This document shows, piece by piece, positions 60,927 to 64,000 of a DNA stretch of 64,000 nucleotides (the stretch's first letter is position 1; each line of letters starts with the position of its first letter). The position numbers and the translations under genes were made by a program. Below the pieces are notes generated by a model. That model did no database searches and was not told the origin of the DNA. It saw only the letters and a list, made by a program, of their open reading frames with translations. Source of the DNA: an uncultured delta proteobacterium (GTDB lineage: Bacteria; Desulfobacterota; RBG-13-43-22); NCBI GenBank assembly GCA_963790475.1, contig CAWBOS010000012.1:800001-864000 (forward strand), given 5' to 3'.

Positions 60927-62140
60927 AGAGTGGGTGGCTATCAAAGACGCTGGGCGAAGTGTGTCAGATAAAACCGCCGAAAAACGAAGCCCGGGTTAGG
61001 CTCCCCATCGATGGATTTGTTTCCTTCCTCCCGATGGAAGACTTGGGTATCGACGAAAAGTTTGTACGGGCAACTCAAACTAAGCAACTTTCGGCTGTTG
61101 TGGGGAGTTATACCTACTTCGCTGATGGCGATGTTCTCCTCGCAAAAATAACGCCCTGTTTCGAAAACGGAAAACTCGGTATAGCCGAAAGACTTACCAA
61201 TGGCATCGGTTTTGGCTCCAGTGAATATTTCGTATTCCGTCCAAATGGAACTCTGAACAAGGAATGGCTCTACTACTACCTATCCCGGGAGATATTCCGG
61301 GAAGAGGGTGCAGCACGGATGTTGGGAGCCGTTGGACACAAACGTGTCGCGAAGGAGTTTATCGAAGCATATCCGATTCCCATTCCTCCACTCCCTGAAC
61401 AACAGCGGATAGTCGGCATCCTCAACGAAGCATTTGACGGCATCGCCGCCGTCAAAACCAACGCCGAAAAGAACCTCCGAAACGCCCGCGTCCTCTTTGA
61501 AAGCCACCTACAGGCTATCTTCACCCAACAAGGCGATGGATGGGTAGAGAGGCGCAAACCTCTGTCTGACTTATGCGAGTTAATTGTTGATTGTGAACAC
61601 AAAACCGCTCCAACCCAAGCAGAAGGTATTCCTTCAATCCGTACGCCAAACATTGGTAAAGGTAAGCTTTTACTTGATGACGTTTACCTCGTTTCTGAGG
61701 AAACATACAGTAAGTGGACACGCCGAGCCAAGCCTCGTGCGGGTGATCTGATCCTCGCGCGTGAGGCTCCTGCTGGGAACGTGGCAGTGATCCCTGAAAA
61801 TGTGCGGCTCTGTTTAGGACAGAGAACCGTCTTGATAAGACCGAAAGCTGTCGTTTTTGAGTCGGAATTTCTTTCTTTTCTTCTCCTGCAACAGGACATG
61901 CAACGCTGGTTGCTGGCTCAATCACGTGGTGCAACGGTACAGCATGTGAACATGAAGGACATTCGAGCATTAAATATCGGGGCGATTCCACCACTTGATG
62001 TGCAACGATCTATTTTGCTGAAAATTAAAGGCCTGGAGAAGGAAATCGAGCGCCTCGAATCCATCTACCAGGGCAAGCTTAACGCGCTCGAAGAGCTAAA
62101 AAAATCTTTACTGCACCAAGCATTCACCGAAGGACTGTGA
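60923..62140 (+). CDS. hsdS: Type I restriction-modification specificity subunit S
   Basis: Two TRDs with PPLPEQQRIV and PPLDVQ...KKSLLHQAF conserved regions. Confidence 0.93.
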   Translation: MKSGWLSKTLGEVCQIKPPKNEARVRLPIDGFVSFLPMEDLGIDEKFVRATQTKQLSAVVGSYTYFADGDVLLAKITPCFENGKLGIAERLTNGIGFGSSEYFVFRPNGTLNKEWLYYYLSREIFREEGAARMLGAVGHKRVAKEFIEAYPIPIPPLPEQQRIVGILNEAFDGIAAVKTNAEKNLRNARVLFESHLQAIFTQQGDGWVERRKPLSDLCELIVDCEHKTAPTQAEGIPSIRTPNIGKGKLLLDDVYLVSEETYSKWTRRAKPRAGDLILAREAPAGNVAVIPENVRLCLGQRTVLIRPKAVVFESEFLSFLLLQQDMQRWLLAQSRGATVQHVNMKDIRALNIGAIPPLDVQRSILLKIKGLEKEIERLESIYQGKLNALEELKKSLLHQAFTEGL

Positions 62141-62147
62141 AATAGTA

Positions 62148-62375
62148 ATGGCAACAATAACCAAAAATCCGAGTGCGTTCCACGCGCAATTAAAACCGAA
62201 TGATACCTCAGATCAAACTGTCGGTTGTCGGCACACTCAACCTGATATCTGCTCCAAGAACAGCATGCCAAAAATCTGTGCGTTGGTTCGAGAAGATGGG
62301 ATGTGCCTCACCCCGCCTCGATCTTGGAAGAAGCAGTTTCTTAAACTGAAGGAAGGCATTGTGAAGAAGAAATGA
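62148..62375 (+). CDS. Small four-Cys hypothetical protein between hsdS and hsdR
   Basis: 75-aa ORF; its stop overlaps the hsdR start (ATGA). Confidence 0.65.
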   Translation: MATITKNPSAFHAQLKPNDTSDQTVGCRHTQPDICSKNSMPKICALVREDGMCLTPPRSWKKQFLKLKEGIVKKK

Positions 62376-64000
62376 ACGAAGCCGAAACCAGAGCCGAACA
62401 TATTGATCCCGCCCTCAAGGCGGCGGGCTGGGGTGTGGTTGAGGGCAGTCGTATCCGACGTGAGTATCCCATCACGCTGGGCCGCATCGAAGGTCACGGG
62501 CGGAGAGGCAAGCCGCTCATTGCCGATTATTTATTGATTTATCGAAATACCAGGCTGGCTGTCGTCGAGGCTAAAGCCTGGGATGAACCACTGACTCAAG
62601 GCGTAGCTCAGGCCAAGGAGTACGCGGGCAAGCTCGCGATCCGTTTCACCTACGCCACCAATGGCCAGGGTCTCTATCGCATCGACATGCAGGAGGGAAC
62701 CGAAGGGGAGTTGCCCTGTTATCCGACTCCCGACGAACTCTGGAACCTGACCTTTGCCCAGGAGAACAGCTGGCGGGATCGCTTCGCCACCATCCCCTTC
62801 GAGGATAGAGGCGGATATTTCCAAGGCAGGTACTTCCAGGACATCGCCATCGAGCGGGTGATGGAAGCCATTGCCGCTAACAAGTCTCGCATTCTGCTCA
62901 CGCTCGCCACGGGCACGGGCAAGACGTTCATCGCCTTCCAGATCGCCTGGAAGCTTTTTCACTCCCGCTGGAATTTGAGCCACGAACCCTCCCGCCGCCC
63001 GCGGATCTTGTTCCTGGCAGATCGCAACATCCTGGCGGATCAGGCGTTTAACTCCTTTTCCTCCTTTCCTGAAGACGCGATGGTGCGGATCAACCCTGAG
63101 TCCATCCGGCAAAAAGGTCGGGTGCCAAAGAACGCCAGCATCTTCTTCACTATTTTTCAGACCTTCATGAGCGGGCCGCCCAAGGATGGAAAGCCCTCGC
63201 CTTACTTCGGGGAGTATCCACCGGACTTCTTCGACTTCATCATTATTGACGAATGCCATCGAGGCGGCGCGAACGACGAGAGCAACTGGCGCGGCATTAT
63301 GGAGTACTTCTCCCCGGCCGTACAGGTCGGCCTCACCGCCACGCCCAAACGCAAGGAAAACGCGGACACTTATGCCTATTTCGGTGATCCGGTCTATATC
63401 TACTCTCTAAAGGAAGGAATCAACGACGGGTTTCTGACACCGTTCAAGGTTAAGCAGATCTCCACCACACTCGACGAGTATGTATATACGTCCGACGACA
63501 CAGTGATCGAGGGCGAGATTGAAACCGGGAAGCGTTACACGGAACCCGACTTCAACAAGATCATCGAAATCATGGAGAGGGAGCGATATCGGGTAAAGCT
63601 TTTTATGGATGAGATCAACCAGAAGGAGAAGACGCTGGTCTTTTGCTCTTCCCAGGACCACGCCCTGGCCGTTCGCGACCTCATCAACCAGATGAAGACA
63701 AGCAAAGACCCGAATTATTGCCACCGGGTAACGGCTAAAGACGGCAAGTTGGGCGATCAATACTTGCGAGACTTTCAAGACAATGAAAAGACTATCCCTA
63801 CGATCCTGACCACCTCTCAAAAGCTCTCTACCGGCGTGGATGCTCGCAACATCCGCAATATCGTCTTGATGCGTCCGATCAACTCTATAATCGAGTTTAA
63901 GCAGATCATTGGGCGCGGTACGCGACTCTACGACGGGAAGGATTACTTCACCATCTACGATTTCGTAAAGGCGCACCACCATTTCAGCGATCCCGAGTGG
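62372..64000 (+). CDS. hsdR: Type I restriction endonuclease subunit R (3'-partial)
   Basis: MNEAETRAEHIDPAL, VVEAK nuclease motif, ATGTGKT, DECHRGG and GLTATP; runs off the window. Confidence 0.95.
   Translation, partial: MNEAETRAEHIDPALKAAGWGVVEGSRIRREYPITLGRIEGHGRRGKPLIADYLLIYRNTRLAVVEAKAWDEPLTQGVAQAKEYAGKLAIRFTYATNGQGLYRIDMQEGTEGELPCYPTPDELWNLTFAQENSWRDRFATIPFEDRGGYFQGRYFQDIAIERVMEAIAANKSRILLTLATGTGKTFIAFQIAWKLFHSRWNLSHEPSRRPRILFLADRNILADQAFNSFSSFPEDAMVRINPESIRQKGRVPKNASIFFTIFQTFMSGPPKDGKPSPYFGEYPPDFFDFIIIDECHRGGANDESNWRGIMEYFSPAVQVGLTATPKRKENADTYAYFGDPVYIYSLKEGINDGFLTPFKVKQISTTLDEYVYTSDDTVIEGEIETGKRYTEPDFNKIIEIMERERYRVKLFMDEINQKEKTLVFCSSQDHALAVRDLINQMKTSKDPNYCHRVTAKDGKLGDQYLRDFQDNEKTIPTILTTSQKLSTGVDARNIRNIVLMRPINSIIEFKQIIGRGTRLYDGKDYFTIYDFVKAHHHFSDPEW

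Overview
64-kb bacterial window whose gene content resembles an anaerobic Desulfobacterota/deltaproteobacterium (inferred from gene content). UGA is an ordinary stop for many genes here. Left to right: a 5'-truncated NorD/CbbO-like VWA protein with a long helical-repeat N-terminus; an IS110-family element (3941-5540) inside a palindromic REP/MITE-like element; bacterioferritin; nitroreductase; a MazF-like TA pair; an intact IS1595; SDR; crotonase; a three-subunit xanthine-dehydrogenase-family enzyme; galT-glgA(frameshifted)-kinase-regulator; housekeeping genes; a divergent kinase/sigma54-regulator pair; a 14-kb group 4 [NiFe]-hydrogenase operon; tadA; tRNA-Ser(CGA); a cluster of tRNA 3'-end remnants; and a restriction-modification island. 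Main results: (1) the hydrogenase large subunit is one reading frame (44776-46461) in which both Cys codons of the N-terminal Ni-binding RxCGxC motif are in-frame TGA, followed by a SECIS-like hairpin, while the C-terminal DPCxxC keeps Cys. This suggests a double-selenocysteine group 4 hydrogenase, unlike known [NiFeSe] enzymes. (2) Two further small UGA+SECIS candidate selenoprotein genes lie at 22.3-22.9 kb. (3) The IS110 ends, CT core, circle-junction promoter and a candidate bridge RNA with guides matching its own target and donor can be read from the sequence. All calls are by eye; no searches were run.
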